DNA of 64,000 nt from assembly GCA_022824315.1 (NCBI GenBank), contig JAJEAC010000066.1, positions 13,784 through 77,783 on the forward strand. Direction: 5' to 3'. The notes under the pieces were generated by a model. It made no database searches and was not told the origin of the DNA. It worked only from the letters and a program-made list of their open reading frames with translations. Origin of the DNA: Silicimonas sp. (lineage in GTDB: Bacteria; Pseudomonadota; Alphaproteobacteria; Rhodobacterales; Rhodobacteraceae). The position numbers were made by a program, and so were the translations under genes. This document shows, piece after piece, positions 1 to 11,101 of this stretch (position 1 is the stretch's first letter; each line of letters begins with the position of its first letter).

Positions 1-1
1 T

Positions 2-1318
2 TTTATCCAGAGCCTGAATCTTCCAGAATTCCGCGCCGGCCTCGAAGCGTGGTTCGTCACCGACGTGCTGTCGGCTGATAACGCGATCCAGGCGGGGCTG
101 ATCCTGTTGGCGCTGATGTTCGGCCGATTCCTGGGCCCGCGACTTCGCCGCGCCATCGACGCGGCCTCAAGGACCCAAACGCGGCATGCCGAGTTGCGGG
201 GTTTCGTCGATCGTCTCTCTGCACTGTCCACCCCGATCATCGTCCTCGCGTTCCTGTGGATTGCCGTCGAGGCAGGAGCGCAATCGCAATTGTTCGGATA
301 TCGCCTTACTCAGATCGCAGCGAGCCTTGCCGGCGCCTGGGTGGCGATCCGGCTTGTCTCGGGATTCATCAGCAACGAACTCGTGGCCCGGTTGGTTGCC
401 TGGATCGCATGGATTTTCGCCGCGCTGGTCGCCCTTGGACTGTTTGACGTGACGATTACCTTGCTCGACGGCATCGGGATGACCTTTGGGGAGGTAAGAA
501 TTTCGCTGCTCGCCATAGCGAAAGGCACCCTGGCACTGGGGGTTCTGCTGTGGATGGTGCTGGTGCTCTCCAACATTCTCGAGCGGCAGATCAAGCGGTC
601 GGAAGACCTTACGCCGACGGTCCAGGTGCTGGTTTCCAAGATCGTCAAGATCGTGCTCGTGACCTTTGCTTTCCTGGTCGCCATCGGCAGCTTGGGAATC
701 GACCTCACGGCGCTCACTGTGTTCGGCGGTGCACTCGGCATCGGCGTGGGGATCGGCCTGCAGAAAATCGTGTCCAACCTGATCAGCGGCCTCCTGCTGC
801 TGATGGACAAGTCGATCAAGCCGAATGACGTCATTGCGGTTGGCAACACCTACGGCTGGGTCGCTTCGCTTGGTGCGCGTTACGCAGCGGTCCGAACACG
901 CGACGGCGTCGAGTATCTCATTCCGAACGAAGAGCTGATCACTCAGCGTGTCGAGAACTGGTCACACAGCGACAAGGCGGTGCGGCTCTGCATCCCGGTC
1001 GGAATTTCCTACTCCTGCGATGTGCGGTTCGCGATGGAGTTGTGTCGCGAGGCGTCGGCGGCGGTCGAGCGGGTGTTGGACGACCCGCCACCCCGATGCC
1101 TGCTCAGAGGTTTCGGAGAGAGCGCGATAGACCTCGAGATCCGCATCTGGATCAATGATCCGGCCAAGGGCCGTGCCAACGTCATCAGCGAGGTGCTGTT
1201 GCAGGTTTGGGACCTGTTCCGCGAACACGCCATCCAGGTCCCCTTCCCGCAGCGCGACGTGCATTTGAAATCGAGCAGCATTCGCCTGTCGTCCGAGATT
1301 TCCGAACAGCCTCCGTAA
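2..1318 (+). CDS. mechanosensitive ion channel family protein (MscS-like), possibly 5'-truncated by the window edge
   Basis: ORF 65..1318. Several N-terminal TM helices are followed by the conserved MscS core (LLLLMDKSIKPNDVIAVGNTYGWVASLGARYAAVRTRDGVEYLIPNEELI). The same frame stays open and coding-like back to nt 2, so the start is either GTG 65 or upstream of the window. Confidence 0.85.
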   Translation, partial: FIQSLNLPEFRAGLEAWFVTDVLSADNAIQAGLILLALMFGRFLGPRLRRAIDAASRTQTRHAELRGFVDRLSALSTPIIVLAFLWIAVEAGAQSQLFGYRLTQIAASLAGAWVAIRLVSGFISNELVARLVAWIAWIFAALVALGLFDVTITLLDGIGMTFGEVRISLLAIAKGTLALGVLLWMVLVLSNILERQIKRSEDLTPTVQVLVSKIVKIVLVTFAFLVAIGSLGIDLTALTVFGGALGIGVGIGLQKIVSNLISGLLLLMDKSIKPNDVIAVGNTYGWVASLGARYAAVRTRDGVEYLIPNEELITQRVENWSHSDKAVRLCIPVGISYSCDVRFAMELCREASAAVERVLDDPPPRCLLRGFGESAIDLEIRIWINDPAKGRANVISEVLLQVWDLFREHAIQVPFPQRDVHLKSSSIRLSSEISEQPP

Positions 1319-1512
1319 GTGCGGCGGAACCGACGCTTCAGACAGAGACCCGGCGCAGCATCGCATGACTTGACAACCAATTTGCCTTGACGCCTGCACT
1401 GGCGAATGGATCGGTCACTGTTGGGGAGGGCATACTCGAGTCAGGCAAGCTGTTGGCGTCACGCAATTATTGCGCACGTCGCGTCATTGTCGGCTTGAGT
1501 CGCATCAGTGCA

Positions 1513-3072
1513 TCACGAAAATGCCTCGGGCGCGGATGCTCTCCTCTCCGCAACAAATGCCTCCAGCCCCTCCGCGATGCCCGGGTCGATTGCGGGCTGT
1601 TCGTAATGTGCAAGCAGCGTCGCTACGCGTTCGGCCGCAAGCGCCTGGGTGTCACGTCCGCCTTCTTCCGCCCAGGTTTCGAACGGCTTGTAGTCGAGAA
1701 GGTCGCTGCGCCAAAATGCCGTCTGGTAGTTTGCCTGCGTATGGGCACATCCCAGATAGTGCCCTCCCGGCCCGACCTCGCGCATGGCGTCCACACCCTG
1801 GCCGTTCTCCGACATGTCAATTCCACCCGCCAGCTTGTGCAAGATTCCCAACTGGTCGGCATCCATGACGAACTTCTCGAAACTGGCCACCAGCCCGCCT
1901 TCCAGCCAGCCAGCGGCATGCAGCATGAAGTTCACGCCTGAAAGAAGCCCGATGTTCAGGGTGTTCGCGCTTTCGTACGCCGCCTGTGCGTCGGGAAGCT
2001 TCGAGCCGCAAAATGCGCCCGCCGAACGATAGGGCAAATTCATCCTGCGCACGATCTGCCCCATGCCGAGCGTGACCTGGGCAGCTTCGGGCGTTCCGAA
2101 TGTCGGTGCGCCGGAATTCATGTCAATCGAAGCCACGAACGTTCCCGCGATGACCGGCGCTCCCTTGCGAACAAGCTGGCTGTAGGCGATGCCTGCCAGC
2201 ACTTCCGCCGTCACCTGCGCAAGCGTGCCGGCCACGGAAACCGGCGACATTGCACCGCCGACGATGAACGGCGAGATGATCGATGCCTGGTTTGCCGCAG
2301 CATAGACCTCCATGGCCCCCATCATCGTGTTGTCGAAGTTGAGCGGCGAGTTGACGTTGACGAGAGACGTCATCACCGTGTTTTCGGCGACAAATTCCTT
2401 GCCGAACAGGATCTCGCACATCTCGACCGAATCCCGTGCCCGGTGCGGTTCTGTCACGGATCCCATGAACGGCTTGTCGGACAGCGTCATGTGGGCATGA
2501 AGCATGTCGAGATGGCGGACATTCACCGGCACGTCGGTAGGTTCGCAAACCGTGCCGCCGGAATGATGCAGCCATTTCGATGCGTAACCCAGACGCACGA
2601 AATTCCTGAAGTCCTCGATCGTTGCGTAGCGGCGCCCGCCTGCCGCATCGCGCACGAAAGGCGGACCGTAGACGGGAGCCAGCACGAGATTGTCGCCGCC
2701 AATCTCCACGTTGCGCTCGGAATTTCGGGCATGCTGAACGTAGCTTGACGGTGCCGAGCCGCAGAGCTCTCGGGCGAGACCCTTCGGCAAGCGCACGCGG
2801 TCGCCGTCAACGTCGGCGCCCGCATCGCGCCAACGTTCGAGCGCTGCCGGATTTTCCGTAAAGACGACCCCGATCTCCGACAGGATCCCTTCCGCGTTGG
2901 ATTCGATGATTTCAAGCGCTTCCTCGTTCAGGATCTCGAAGTTCGGCACCTGGCGTTCGATATACTTCGCCGCCTCAATCCGAATCGCCGTTCGCTCGGC
3001 TCTCCGGGCGGCACCTCCACCACGGCCGCGCCTGGCTCTGCCATCCATCATCGGGTCTGCTCCAGTTCCCAA
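1513..3072 (-). CDS. trimethylamine methyltransferase (MttB) superfamily protein, non-pyrrolysine type; quaternary-amine methyltransferase-like
   Basis: 519-aa ORF with an Arg/Gly-rich N-terminus ([13 protein letters not shown]) and length and sequence character typical of roseobacter MttB-family proteins. No in-frame TAG. The start may be at the internal MM (about 3051). Confidence 0.8.
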   Translation of the reverse strand: MGTGADPMMDGRARRGRGGGAARRAERTAIRIEAAKYIERQVPNFEILNEEALEIIESNAEGILSEIGVVFTENPAALERWRDAGADVDGDRVRLPKGLARELCGSAPSSYVQHARNSERNVEIGGDNLVLAPVYGPPFVRDAAGGRRYATIEDFRNFVRLGYASKWLHHSGGTVCEPTDVPVNVRHLDMLHAHMTLSDKPFMGSVTEPHRARDSVEMCEILFGKEFVAENTVMTSLVNVNSPLNFDNTMMGAMEVYAAANQASIISPFIVGGAMSPVSVAGTLAQVTAEVLAGIAYSQLVRKGAPVIAGTFVASIDMNSGAPTFGTPEAAQVTLGMGQIVRRMNLPYRSAGAFCGSKLPDAQAAYESANTLNIGLLSGVNFMLHAAGWLEGGLVASFEKFVMDADQLGILHKLAGGIDMSENGQGVDAMREVGPGGHYLGCAHTQANYQTAFWRSDLLDYKPFETWAEEGGRDTQALAAERVATLLAHYEQPAIDPGIAEGLEAFVAERRASAPEAFS

Positions 3073-3247
3073 GTCACTCAGTCACATCGCACGAAGCGCC
3101 ATTGGAATTCTGGCAAATTGCGTCCTTTGCCACAGGAATGCGACATGTTGGACCTCCGGACGTGGCGAACGTGCCTGCCCGCACATCGCCAATCGGGAGA
3201 TTGGACAACCTCTTGTCACTGCGTGCGACCGGACCTATTCCGACGCC

Positions 3248-4822
3248 ATGTTCGCTTCTCCGCACCAACGCCTTCTCGTGGTGGACTTCGGCAGCCAGGT
3301 GACACAACTCATCGCTCGACGGCTGCGCGAGTTGAACGTCTATTGCGAAATCCACCCGTTCCAGAACGTGACTGACGCGTTTCTGCAGGGATTCGCACCG
3401 CAGGCGGTGATCCTCTCGGGGGGGCCCGCAAGCGTCTTGAACAGCGAAGCACCCCGCCCTCCCGCATGCATATTCGAGATCGGCGCGCCGATCCTCGGCA
3501 TCTGCTACGGCCAGCAAGTGATGATGGACATGCTCGGCGGCGCCGTCGAAGGAGGCAAGATCTCGGGCGGCGGCGGCACGGCCGAGTTTGGCCGCGCCTT
3601 CGTGGAGCCCCGGGGCACACTGCCCGTTCTGGAGGGCTGGTTCGACGGCGGTCGCGAACAGGTCTGGATGAGTCATGGAGATCACGTATCCAGGCTTGCG
3701 CCGGGCTTCGAGTCGTTCGGCACGTCGCCGAACGCTCCGTTCGCGATCATCGCGGACACGGACAGGAACTTCTACGCGGTCCAGTTCCATCCTGAAGTGC
3801 ATCACACCCCGAAGGGCGCAAGGTTCATCGAGAATTTCGTTCGGCTCGCGGGCTTCTCGGGCGACTGGACCATGGCAAGCTACAAGAACGAGGCGATCCT
3901 GAAGATTCGCGAGCAGGTCGGCGCGGCGCGCGTGATATGCGGGCTGTCAGGAGGCGTCGACAGCTCCGTGGCAGCAGTGCTGATCCACGAGGCGGTCGGC
4001 GACCAGCTCACATGCGTTTTTGTCGATCACGGCCTGCTGCGCCAGAACGAGGCCGCCGAGGTCGTGACGATGTTCCGCGACCACTACAACATTCCGCTGA
4101 TCCATGCGGACGAATCCGAGCTCTTCCTTTCCGCTCTTGAGGGCCAGAGCGACCCGGAGTCCAAGCGAAAGATCATCGGGAGACTCTTCATCGAGGTCTT
4201 CCAGAAATGTGCCGACGAAATCGACGGCGCCGAATTCCTGGCCCAAGGAACGCTCTATCCTGACGTCATCGAGTCCGCGAGCTTTTCCGGGGGACCGTCT
4301 GCCACCATCAAGTCGCACCACAATGTCGGCGGCCTACCGGACGAGATGGGTCTCAAGCTCGTCGAACCGCTTCGTGAACTGTTCAAGGACGAGGTTCGTG
4401 CCCTTGGCCAAGAGCTCGGGTTGCCGAAAGAGTTCATTGGCCGACACCCCTTCCCGGGTCCCGGACTTGCGATCCGATGTCCAGGGGAAATCACGCGCGA
4501 CAAGCTCGACATTCTTCGCCAGGCCGATGCCGTCTATATCGACCAGATTCGCCGCCATGGTCTATATGACAGGATCTGGCAAGCCTTTGCCGCGATCCTG
4601 CCCGTGCGAACGGTCGGCGTCATGGGCGACGGGCGAACGTACGACTACGCCTGCACTCTTCGGGCAGTCACGTCGGTCGACGGCATGACCGCCGACTACT
4701 ACCCGTTCAGCCACGAATTCCTCGGGGAGACAGCAACCAGGATCATCAACGAAGTGCAGGGCATCAACCGGGTGACCTACGACATCACTTCGAAACCGCC
4801 AGGGACAATCGAGTGGGAATAG
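3248..4822 (+). CDS. guaA: glutamine-hydrolysing GMP synthase
   Basis: GATase-1 domain ([14 protein letters not shown]), ATP-PPase P-loop SGGVDSS, and C-terminal ...[12 protein letters not shown] 3248 gives 524 aa. The track's 5' extension from 2897 overlaps mttB antisense. Confidence 0.97.
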   Translation: MFASPHQRLLVVDFGSQVTQLIARRLRELNVYCEIHPFQNVTDAFLQGFAPQAVILSGGPASVLNSEAPRPPACIFEIGAPILGICYGQQVMMDMLGGAVEGGKISGGGGTAEFGRAFVEPRGTLPVLEGWFDGGREQVWMSHGDHVSRLAPGFESFGTSPNAPFAIIADTDRNFYAVQFHPEVHHTPKGARFIENFVRLAGFSGDWTMASYKNEAILKIREQVGAARVICGLSGGVDSSVAAVLIHEAVGDQLTCVFVDHGLLRQNEAAEVVTMFRDHYNIPLIHADESELFLSALEGQSDPESKRKIIGRLFIEVFQKCADEIDGAEFLAQGTLYPDVIESASFSGGPSATIKSHHNVGGLPDEMGLKLVEPLRELFKDEVRALGQELGLPKEFIGRHPFPGPGLAIRCPGEITRDKLDILRQADAVYIDQIRRHGLYDRIWQAFAAILPVRTVGVMGDGRTYDYACTLRAVTSVDGMTADYYPFSHEFLGETATRIINEVQGINRVTYDITSKPPGTIEWE

Positions 4823-4976
4823 CAGCCAGCCACCATTCGAGACTCGCAATCGCGTTGCACACTGCAGGTCGCGGCCGCCTTGGCCTCTCGGAACTCTGCG
4901 CGCTCGGCTGCGCCTGTTGCGCGAGGCGATTTACGCAAGACGGGGTTCGGTGCGCAACCAGACTGGCGCATCGCGG

Positions 4977-5855
4977 ATGACGGACGATTCAAGGCCCCTT
5001 CTTGCGGCCCTGTGGATGACGGGCGCCGTTGTCAGCTTTTCGACCATGGCGGTTGCGGGACGCGCGGCTGCCGTCGAGCTCGATAGCTTCGAAGTGATGA
5101 TGTACCGCTCCTTCATCGGCCTTGCCATCGTGCTTGCCGTGGGCGGCGCCACCGGCAAAATCCGTGAAATCAGGTTTGATCGGCTGCCGCTCCACCTCGT
5201 GCGCAACATCGGGCACTTCGCCGGCCAGAATCTCTGGTTTGTCGCCCTGTCTCTGGTCACGCTTGCGCAACTCTTCGCGCTGGAATTCACAACACCGATC
5301 TGGGTCGTGATATTCGCGCTTGTCTTTGCGGGCGAGCGGTTGACCCGCGCCCGCGGGATGGCCGTCGTCCTCGGCATCGCCGGAGTTCTCTGCGTTGCCC
5401 GCCCTGAAGGAAGCGGCGACACGCTGGGACTCGTGCTGGCTGCAGCCGCAGCCATCGGATTCGCGTGCTCGATCGTCGGGACCAAGTTGCTCATGCGGAC
5501 CGAAACCGTCTTCGGCGTGCTCTTCTGGCTGACCGTCATGCAGGCGTTCATGGGGACCGTCACCGCGGGCTGGGACGGTGACATCGCCTGGCCTTCGGCC
5601 CAAGCATGGCCCTGGGTGGTGCTGTTCGGGTGCGGCGGGCTCCTGGCGCATACATGCATCACCAACGCGCTCGCGGTCGCGCCGGCCATCGTGGTCACGC
5701 CGATGGACTTTGTCCGCCTTCCCGCGATAGCGATCATCGGTGCATTCCTCTACGCCGAGCCACTGGACATCTGGGTACTGCTTGGCGCCGCACTGATCTT
5801 CGGCGGCAACTACGCGAACCTGCTGAACGAAACCAAGGGCAGGCGCCGGGCTTGA
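4977..5855 (+). CDS. DMT (EamA-like) family transporter
   Basis: About 10 predicted TM helices arranged as two EamA-like halves. ATG 4977 (MTDDSRPLLAALWM...) is preferred over 4917. Confidence 0.8.
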   Translation: MTDDSRPLLAALWMTGAVVSFSTMAVAGRAAAVELDSFEVMMYRSFIGLAIVLAVGGATGKIREIRFDRLPLHLVRNIGHFAGQNLWFVALSLVTLAQLFALEFTTPIWVVIFALVFAGERLTRARGMAVVLGIAGVLCVARPEGSGDTLGLVLAAAAAIGFACSIVGTKLLMRTETVFGVLFWLTVMQAFMGTVTAGWDGDIAWPSAQAWPWVVLFGCGGLLAHTCITNALAVAPAIVVTPMDFVRLPAIAIIGAFLYAEPLDIWVLLGAALIFGGNYANLLNETKGRRRA

Positions 5856-6040
5856 CGGGTCCGAGACTCGACAACGCTCAACCGGAGGTCGCGGCGCCGC
5901 AACACGTGCTCGTGACTTGACGTCGGCAGCGAGCCCGTCCCGCTCCAGAAGGCTCAAGACCTCCCGTGCCGGATGAGGACCGCAGAGAGTTCAGCAACTT
6001 TCGGGTCGAATTAGACAGTTCCGGCGGATAGGCGGCTCGA

Positions 6041-6955
6041 GTGACCAAAAATCCAATTCCCTTGCGTGCATGGATCGACCTAGCGCTGCTCGCCCTTCTC
6101 TGGGGCGGTTCGTTTCTCGCGATTCGCGAGGCACTCGACGAAATCGGCTTCCTCTCCTCCGTCGCGCACAGGGTGACCTGGGCATCGATCATGCTCTGGA
6201 TCATCGTGGCCGTGCGTCGCCTCGCCGTGCCTCGATCATTTCGTGCATGGAGTGCATTTTTCGTCATGGGATGCCTGAACAACGTGATCCCGTTCACGCT
6301 GATGGCTTGGGGCCAGCTAAGCATCGAGAGCGGACTGACGGCGATTCTGAATGCCACGTCGGCAATTTGGGCCGTTCTTGTCGCGGCGCTGTTCTTTGCC
6401 GACGAACGCCTGACCATGCGGCGGGCCATCGGTGTCCTGATCGGCTTTCTGGGCGTTTCCACCGCGATCGGACTTCAGAATCTCGCAAGCCTCGAATTGC
6501 GATCCCTGGCGCAATTGGCCGTGATCGGAGGAACGATCAGCTATGCCTTCGCGGGCTGCTGGGCACGCGCCAGACTGCAGGACCAGTCGCCGCTCGTCGC
6601 AGCAGCCGGCATGCTCACCTGCTCCACCCTTGTCATGCTGCCACTGTCCCACGCACTCGAAGGACCGCTTGAATTCGACCTCAGCCTGTCCACCTGGGCC
6701 GCAATTGCCTACTTCGCGCTGGCAGCCACGGCTGCAGCCTACATACTTTACTACCGCATTCTGGCGGCAGCCGGAGCGGGCAACTTGCTTCTCGTGACGT
6801 TGATGATGCCCCCCATCGCCATCCTGCTCGGCTCTTGGGCAAGGGATGAGGCCCTTACATCCGGCGCCTATCTCGGCTTCGCGCTTCTCGGGGCGGGACT
6901 TCTCGTTCTTGACGGACGAATCGGCAACGCCGCCACAAAAAGCACGTTCCGCTGA
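6041..6955 (+). CDS. DMT (EamA-like) family transporter
   Basis: 304-aa polytopic membrane ORF with a GTG start and an EamA-like repeat architecture (LLWGGSFLAIREAL...). Lies in tandem with the preceding DMT gene. Confidence 0.8.
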   Translation: MTKNPIPLRAWIDLALLALLWGGSFLAIREALDEIGFLSSVAHRVTWASIMLWIIVAVRRLAVPRSFRAWSAFFVMGCLNNVIPFTLMAWGQLSIESGLTAILNATSAIWAVLVAALFFADERLTMRRAIGVLIGFLGVSTAIGLQNLASLELRSLAQLAVIGGTISYAFAGCWARARLQDQSPLVAAAGMLTCSTLVMLPLSHALEGPLEFDLSLSTWAAIAYFALAATAAAYILYYRILAAAGAGNLLLVTLMMPPIAILLGSWARDEALTSGAYLGFALLGAGLLVLDGRIGNAATKSTFR

Positions 6956-7011
6956 TTGACCGGGCCTGCCTCGCCCCGTAATTCCAAATGCCAAGGACAA
7001 GGACGCGACAC

Positions 7012-7878
7012 ATGCTATACAAAAGCGCGCTGGATTGGCGCGACGCGCCCGAAAAGCGGCTCCTGCTGTTTGGCATGTCCGGGCTCGGAAAGACACACGT
7101 CTCCGACATGCTTCGGGCAACCGGCAAATGGTTCCACTACTCGGTCGATTACCGCATCGGTACCCGGTACATGGGCGAGGCGATCTCCGACAATCTCAAG
7201 CGCGAGGCAATGAAGAGCCCGCTCCTTCGCGAACTGCTGATGACGGACTCCGTGCGGATTCGCTCGAACATCACGTTCGGCAACCTTGCGCCCCTGTCCG
7301 CTTATCTCGGCAAGCCCGGTGATCCCCGCAAGGGTGGCGTGCCGTGGGAGGAGTACGTGCGTAGGCAAAGGCTGCACCGCGACGCTGAACGCGGCGCAAT
7401 GCTGGATACCGGCCACTTCGCCACCCGCGCCGCCGAGATCTATGGCTATCCGCATTTCGTATGTGACACGTCCGGCTCGATCTGCGAGATCGTGTCGCCG
7501 GAAGATCCCGAAGACCCGATCCTGAGCGCGCTTGGAGATCAGGTCCTGATGGTGTGGATCGAAGGGTCCGACCACCACGCCGAAGAACTCTCCAGGCGTT
7601 TTGACAAGGCTCCGAAGCCAATGTGCTTCGCGGATGATTTCCTTGCAGAAATCTGGGATGCCTACCTCGCCGAGTCCGGCGACGCGCCCGGGACCGTGGA
7701 TCCGGACACCTTCGTGCGCTGGGCTTACGCGAGGGCGCTTGCGCACCGCCAGCCCCGCTATCGCGCCATGGCCGAAAACTGGGGCGTGACCGTCAGTGCC
7801 GACGCGATCGCCGCCGTAGAAACCGAAGACGACATGACTGATCTCGTCGCCGAAGCGCTCGGTCAGTCCGACGCCTGA
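7012..7878 (+). CDS. uncharacterised P-loop NTPase
   Basis: Walker A motif [13 protein letters not shown] near the N-terminus, about 290 aa, acidic C-terminus. Ends 77 nt upstream of metA on the same strand. Start is 6988 or 7012. Confidence 0.6.
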   Translation: MLYKSALDWRDAPEKRLLLFGMSGLGKTHVSDMLRATGKWFHYSVDYRIGTRYMGEAISDNLKREAMKSPLLRELLMTDSVRIRSNITFGNLAPLSAYLGKPGDPRKGGVPWEEYVRRQRLHRDAERGAMLDTGHFATRAAEIYGYPHFVCDTSGSICEIVSPEDPEDPILSALGDQVLMVWIEGSDHHAEELSRRFDKAPKPMCFADDFLAEIWDAYLAESGDAPGTVDPDTFVRWAYARALAHRQPRYRAMAENWGVTVSADAIAAVETEDDMTDLVAEALGQSDA

Positions 7879-7955
7879 CACAGCGCGGCAGAACGCCCCG
7901 TCTTGTGAAACCAGTGGTCTCTCGCTATCCCGAATGGTCTGAACCGGAGACGCCA

Positions 7956-8891
7956 ATGCCGATCAAGCTGCCATCAAACCTCCCTGCCTTTCAGATCCTT
8001 TCGCGTGAAGGGGTGATGGTGATGGACGAGGAACTGGCGTCCCATCAGGACATTCGGCCGCTGAAGATCGGGCTGCTCAACCTGATGCCCAAGAAGATTC
8101 AAACGGAGAACCAGTTCGCCCGGCTGATCGGCGCCACGCCGCTGCAGATCGACTTCCGGCTGATCCGAATGTCCGGGCACAAGACCCGGAACACGGCCGC
8201 CGAACACATGGCCGAGTTCTACCGGCCATTTCAGGACGTCCGCGGCGAAAAGTTCGACGGCCTCGTCATCACGGGTGCGCCGATCGAACACCTGCCATTC
8301 GAGGACGTCTCGTATTGGGACGAACTCAAGGAGGTCATGGACTGGACCCAGTCAAGCGTTCACTCCACCTTCGGCATCTGCTGGGGTGGAATGGCGATGA
8401 TCAACCATTTCCACGGCGTCGAGAAGCACTTGCTCAAGGCCAAGACATTCGGCTGCTTTCGGCAGGCCAACATGGACCCGGCCTCGCCCTACCTGCGCGG
8501 CTTCTCGGACGACTGTTACATTCCCATCAGCCGTTGGACCGAAATGCGTGAGGACGAGATTCGGGGCGCCGGGCTCAAGACGCTGCTTGGCAGCTCGGAG
8601 ACCGGTCCCTGCCTCGTGTCCGACGAGGTGCACCGGGCTCTCTACATCTTCAACCACTTCGAGTACGACAGCGGAACTCTGAAAGAGGAATACGAACGCG
8701 ACATCGCCAACGGGACGCCGATCGACCTGCCGGTCAACTATTTCCCTGCCGACAATCCGGATGCCGAACCAATGAATCGTTGGAGAAGCCATGCGCATCT
8801 CCTGTTCGGCAACTGGGTTTCGGAAATCTACCTCACAACGCCTTTCGACATGAATCGCATCGGCGAGGAATCGACCGATCTCCGCAATTGA
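7956..8891 (+). CDS. metA: homoserine O-acyltransferase MetA (acetyl/succinyl specificity not determinable by eye)
   Basis: Canonical MetA N-terminus [23 protein letters not shown]...[12 protein letters not shown] and core [10 protein letters not shown]...FGICWGG. ATG 7956 chosen. Confidence 0.95.
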   Translation: MPIKLPSNLPAFQILSREGVMVMDEELASHQDIRPLKIGLLNLMPKKIQTENQFARLIGATPLQIDFRLIRMSGHKTRNTAAEHMAEFYRPFQDVRGEKFDGLVITGAPIEHLPFEDVSYWDELKEVMDWTQSSVHSTFGICWGGMAMINHFHGVEKHLLKAKTFGCFRQANMDPASPYLRGFSDDCYIPISRWTEMREDEIRGAGLKTLLGSSETGPCLVSDEVHRALYIFNHFEYDSGTLKEEYERDIANGTPIDLPVNYFPADNPDAEPMNRWRSHAHLLFGNWVSEIYLTTPFDMNRIGEESTDLRN

Positions 8892-9232
8892 TCGCGGACG
8901 GTTCCGGGCCTGCGCGAGGTGGTCCGTCGGAGTTTTCAGCCTTGCGGACCATGGCTCTCAAGGTCCAATCGCCGTCGCCGACGATCGTCAAGGATCTCCA
9001 TGGATTGCGCCTGTACCGCTCCGTGCCTAGATATTGGACGAAATAAAGGCGATTAACATGTTCCGTCCTTGCGAAGGAAACATACCGGCTTTCGGCCATG
9101 CCGTCGGTCAATCTCAAGATGGCGCGCATCTCGGCACCACGCGCATCGGACCCGGCGTCGACGAGAAAGGCCTCGACCACCCGCCACGAAACGTGATCGT
9201 GCAGCGGCATTCCGAGTCCTCTGCCAGCCGGA

Positions 9233-9850
9233 ATGGCTAAGCGCGGCTATCATCACGGCGACCTCCGCCGGGCCCTCGTCGATGCGGCGCTGAAGCTGAT
9301 CGAGGAGAAGGGACCGACGGGCTTCACGCTGTCGGAAGCGGCGAAACTGGCCGGCGTGACGCCTGCTGCCGTCTATCGTCACTTCGAGGGTCGCGATGAC
9401 CTGATCGCCGAGATTGCCCGGCAAGGATTCGAGACCTTTGCCGATCTGATGGAATATGCATACGAAACAGGACAGCCCTCGTCCCTTGCGTCGTTCGAGG
9501 CGACGGGCCACGCATATCTCGCCTTCGCCCGGCGACATCCCGGACACTACGTGGCCATGTTTGAGAGCGGAATCTCGATCAACCGCACGCCAGAACTCGC
9601 ACAGGTTGCACAGCGTGCATTTCACGTTCTGGAGAAGGCCGCTGCCGAACTGTCAAAGAACATCCCTCGCGACAAGCGCCCGCCACCGCAGATGTTCTCG
9701 GCGCATGTCTGGGCGCTGAGCCACGGTGTCGTCGAACTCTTTGCGCGCGGCGCGCCCGGGACCAAGTCGCCCTTTCCGCCAGAAGACCTGCTCGAAGCCG
9801 GCATCGGGATCTACCTGCGCGGACTCGGGCTGATCGACCGGGACGAGTGA
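9233..9850 (+). CDS. TetR/AcrR family transcriptional regulator
   Basis: N-terminal HTH (HHGDLRRALVDAALKLIEEKGPTGFTLSEAAKLAGVTPAAVYRHF), 205 aa. Confidence 0.9.
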   Translation: MAKRGYHHGDLRRALVDAALKLIEEKGPTGFTLSEAAKLAGVTPAAVYRHFEGRDDLIAEIARQGFETFADLMEYAYETGQPSSLASFEATGHAYLAFARRHPGHYVAMFESGISINRTPELAQVAQRAFHVLEKAAAELSKNIPRDKRPPPQMFSAHVWALSHGVVELFARGAPGTKSPFPPEDLLEAGIGIYLRGLGLIDRDE

Positions 9851-10015
9851 TCGCGAAGGCCAACGGGTTCGTCCCGCCAACACTTCAGGCCCGCGGGCAA
9901 GGCCAGGACGCGAGAGCCGTCCGGCAACCACCGGATTGCCGGGATCGCATTCCGGCTTGCTGCAGTGCCAGCGGGCGGACTGGCAAAGAGCACCGTCGCC
10001 ACCTATCTACACGTC

Positions 10016-10597
10016 ATGGACTTCGACCAGTTTCCTCGCCTCGTCTATCTGCTGCTCCTGCTGACCGCCGTCGGCGGGTGGTTCATCGCAGAGAACAGGA
10101 CATCCATTGGCAGGTCGCTGCGCATGTTTCTGGCGTGGGGGCTGATTTTCCTTGGTGTCGTGGCCATATACGGGCTTTGGGACGACATTCGCCGTGACAT
10201 AGTTCCGCGCCAGTCCGTGCTTTCGGACGGATCGGCGATTCACGTCCCTCGCGGACGTGGCGGACATTTTTTCCTCCAAGTGGACGTGAACGGCATACCA
10301 GTGGATTTCATCGTCGACACCGGTGCCACGGAAGTGGTGTTGTCACTTGAAGACGCGCGCCGTGCGGGATTTGATCCGGACAACCTGGCGTTTCTGGGCA
10401 CGGCTCGCACGGCAAACGGCCCGGTCAAGACCGCTTTTGCCACGGCAGATGTCATGTCGCTGGGGCCGGTTCGATTCGAACGGGTGCGCGTGGCGGTGAA
10501 CAGCGGAGACATGGACGACTCTCTTCTCGGAATGAGCTTTCTATCCCGATTCGATCGGCTCGAGATATCCGACAAAGGCCTGATCCTGACACCTTGA
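10016..10597 (+). CDS. membrane-anchored retropepsin-like (clan AA) aspartic protease
   Basis: Two N-terminal TM helices followed by the DTG active-site motif (FIVDTGATEVVL) and a C-terminal LLGMSFL. ATG 10016 preferred. Confidence 0.8.
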   Translation: MDFDQFPRLVYLLLLLTAVGGWFIAENRTSIGRSLRMFLAWGLIFLGVVAIYGLWDDIRRDIVPRQSVLSDGSAIHVPRGRGGHFFLQVDVNGIPVDFIVDTGATEVVLSLEDARRAGFDPDNLAFLGTARTANGPVKTAFATADVMSLGPVRFERVRVAVNSGDMDDSLLGMSFLSRFDRLEISDKGLILTP

Positions 10598-10636
10598 GAC
10601 GCATGTTCCCCTGAGAGGGACAATCGCTGCACACCG

Positions 10637-11101
10637 CTATTGCTGCTTCGGAGCGCTCTCCGCCTTCTTGGCCCAGCGCCCCTGCTCTTCGGTCCAGTAT
10701 TGCGCCTCTGCTCCTGCCTCGGTCAGCGTCCGCCACTGCTCGCGTGCATGCTCGACGGCTTCGGCATCGGCGCCGTTGAACAGGATGCAGACCCTTTCCT
10801 TCGCCTCGACTTCACTGACGCTGACATCCGCCCCATCCACGCTGATCAGGCAAGCCGGATCGTTTGTGGGCTCTCCCGTCGTCAGGAGCACAGGCTGCTC
10901 GCTGTCATGCGGACCCCCGGCCATTCCATGGGGCAGGAAGCCGTCACCCAGCCAAAGCTGCCGATCCAGACGTTCAAGAAGAGACTCCTCGCGCGCGCGC
11001 ACTGCAACCCGCCAACCTGCCTCGAGCGACTTGCCGATCAGAACCGGCAGCGTCGCCTCAAGCGGACGCTTGGTCAGGTGATAGAAATAGACCGCACCCA
11101 T
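10637..11101 (-). CDS. holC: DNA polymerase III subunit chi
   Basis: MGAVYFYHLTKRPLEATLPVLIGKSLEAGWRVAVRA...LWLGDGFLPHG is typical of alphaproteobacterial HolC. About 154 aa from ATG 11101. Confidence 0.9.
   Translation of the reverse strand: MGAVYFYHLTKRPLEATLPVLIGKSLEAGWRVAVRAREESLLERLDRQLWLGDGFLPHGMAGGPHDSEQPVLLTTGEPTNDPACLISVDGADVSVSEVEAKERVCILFNGADAEAVEHAREQWRTLTEAGAEAQYWTEEQGRWAKKAESAPKQQ

Noticed and set aside
2897-3247. 117-codon N-terminal extension of guaA in the ORF track. Similar 5' extensions occur for rsmA (19181), irr (30313), the alpha-galactosidase (50495), mazG (23597) and the SBP (39871).
   Set aside because: The extensions overlap neighbouring genes or intergenic DNA and lack family homology. 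Internal starts reproduce canonical N-termini and lengths.
3073-3247. Cobalamin riboswitch in front of the MttB-family gene, or a purine/ZTP element in front of guaA
   Set aside because: No B12-box (GCCACTG in the mttB orientation) or other conserved cores were seen. The 175-bp divergent region contains only short 6-bp hairpins.
7879-7955. SAM-II (metA-type) riboswitch expected upstream of alphaproteobacterial metA
   Set aside because: The gap is only 77 nt. I could not find the conserved AAAGC pseudoknot element or the characteristic U-rich loop, only a weak 5-bp GUCUC/GAGAC pairing near the RBS. A covariance-model scan would be needed to be definitive.
8833-9210. 125-aa minus-strand ORF divergent from the TetR gene
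   Set aside because: The first 40 or so codons have coding-like GC3. The signal then decays, I recognise no family, and the ORF would overlap the metA 3' end by 59 nt. It may be a short real gene or a remnant, but support is insufficient to annotate it.
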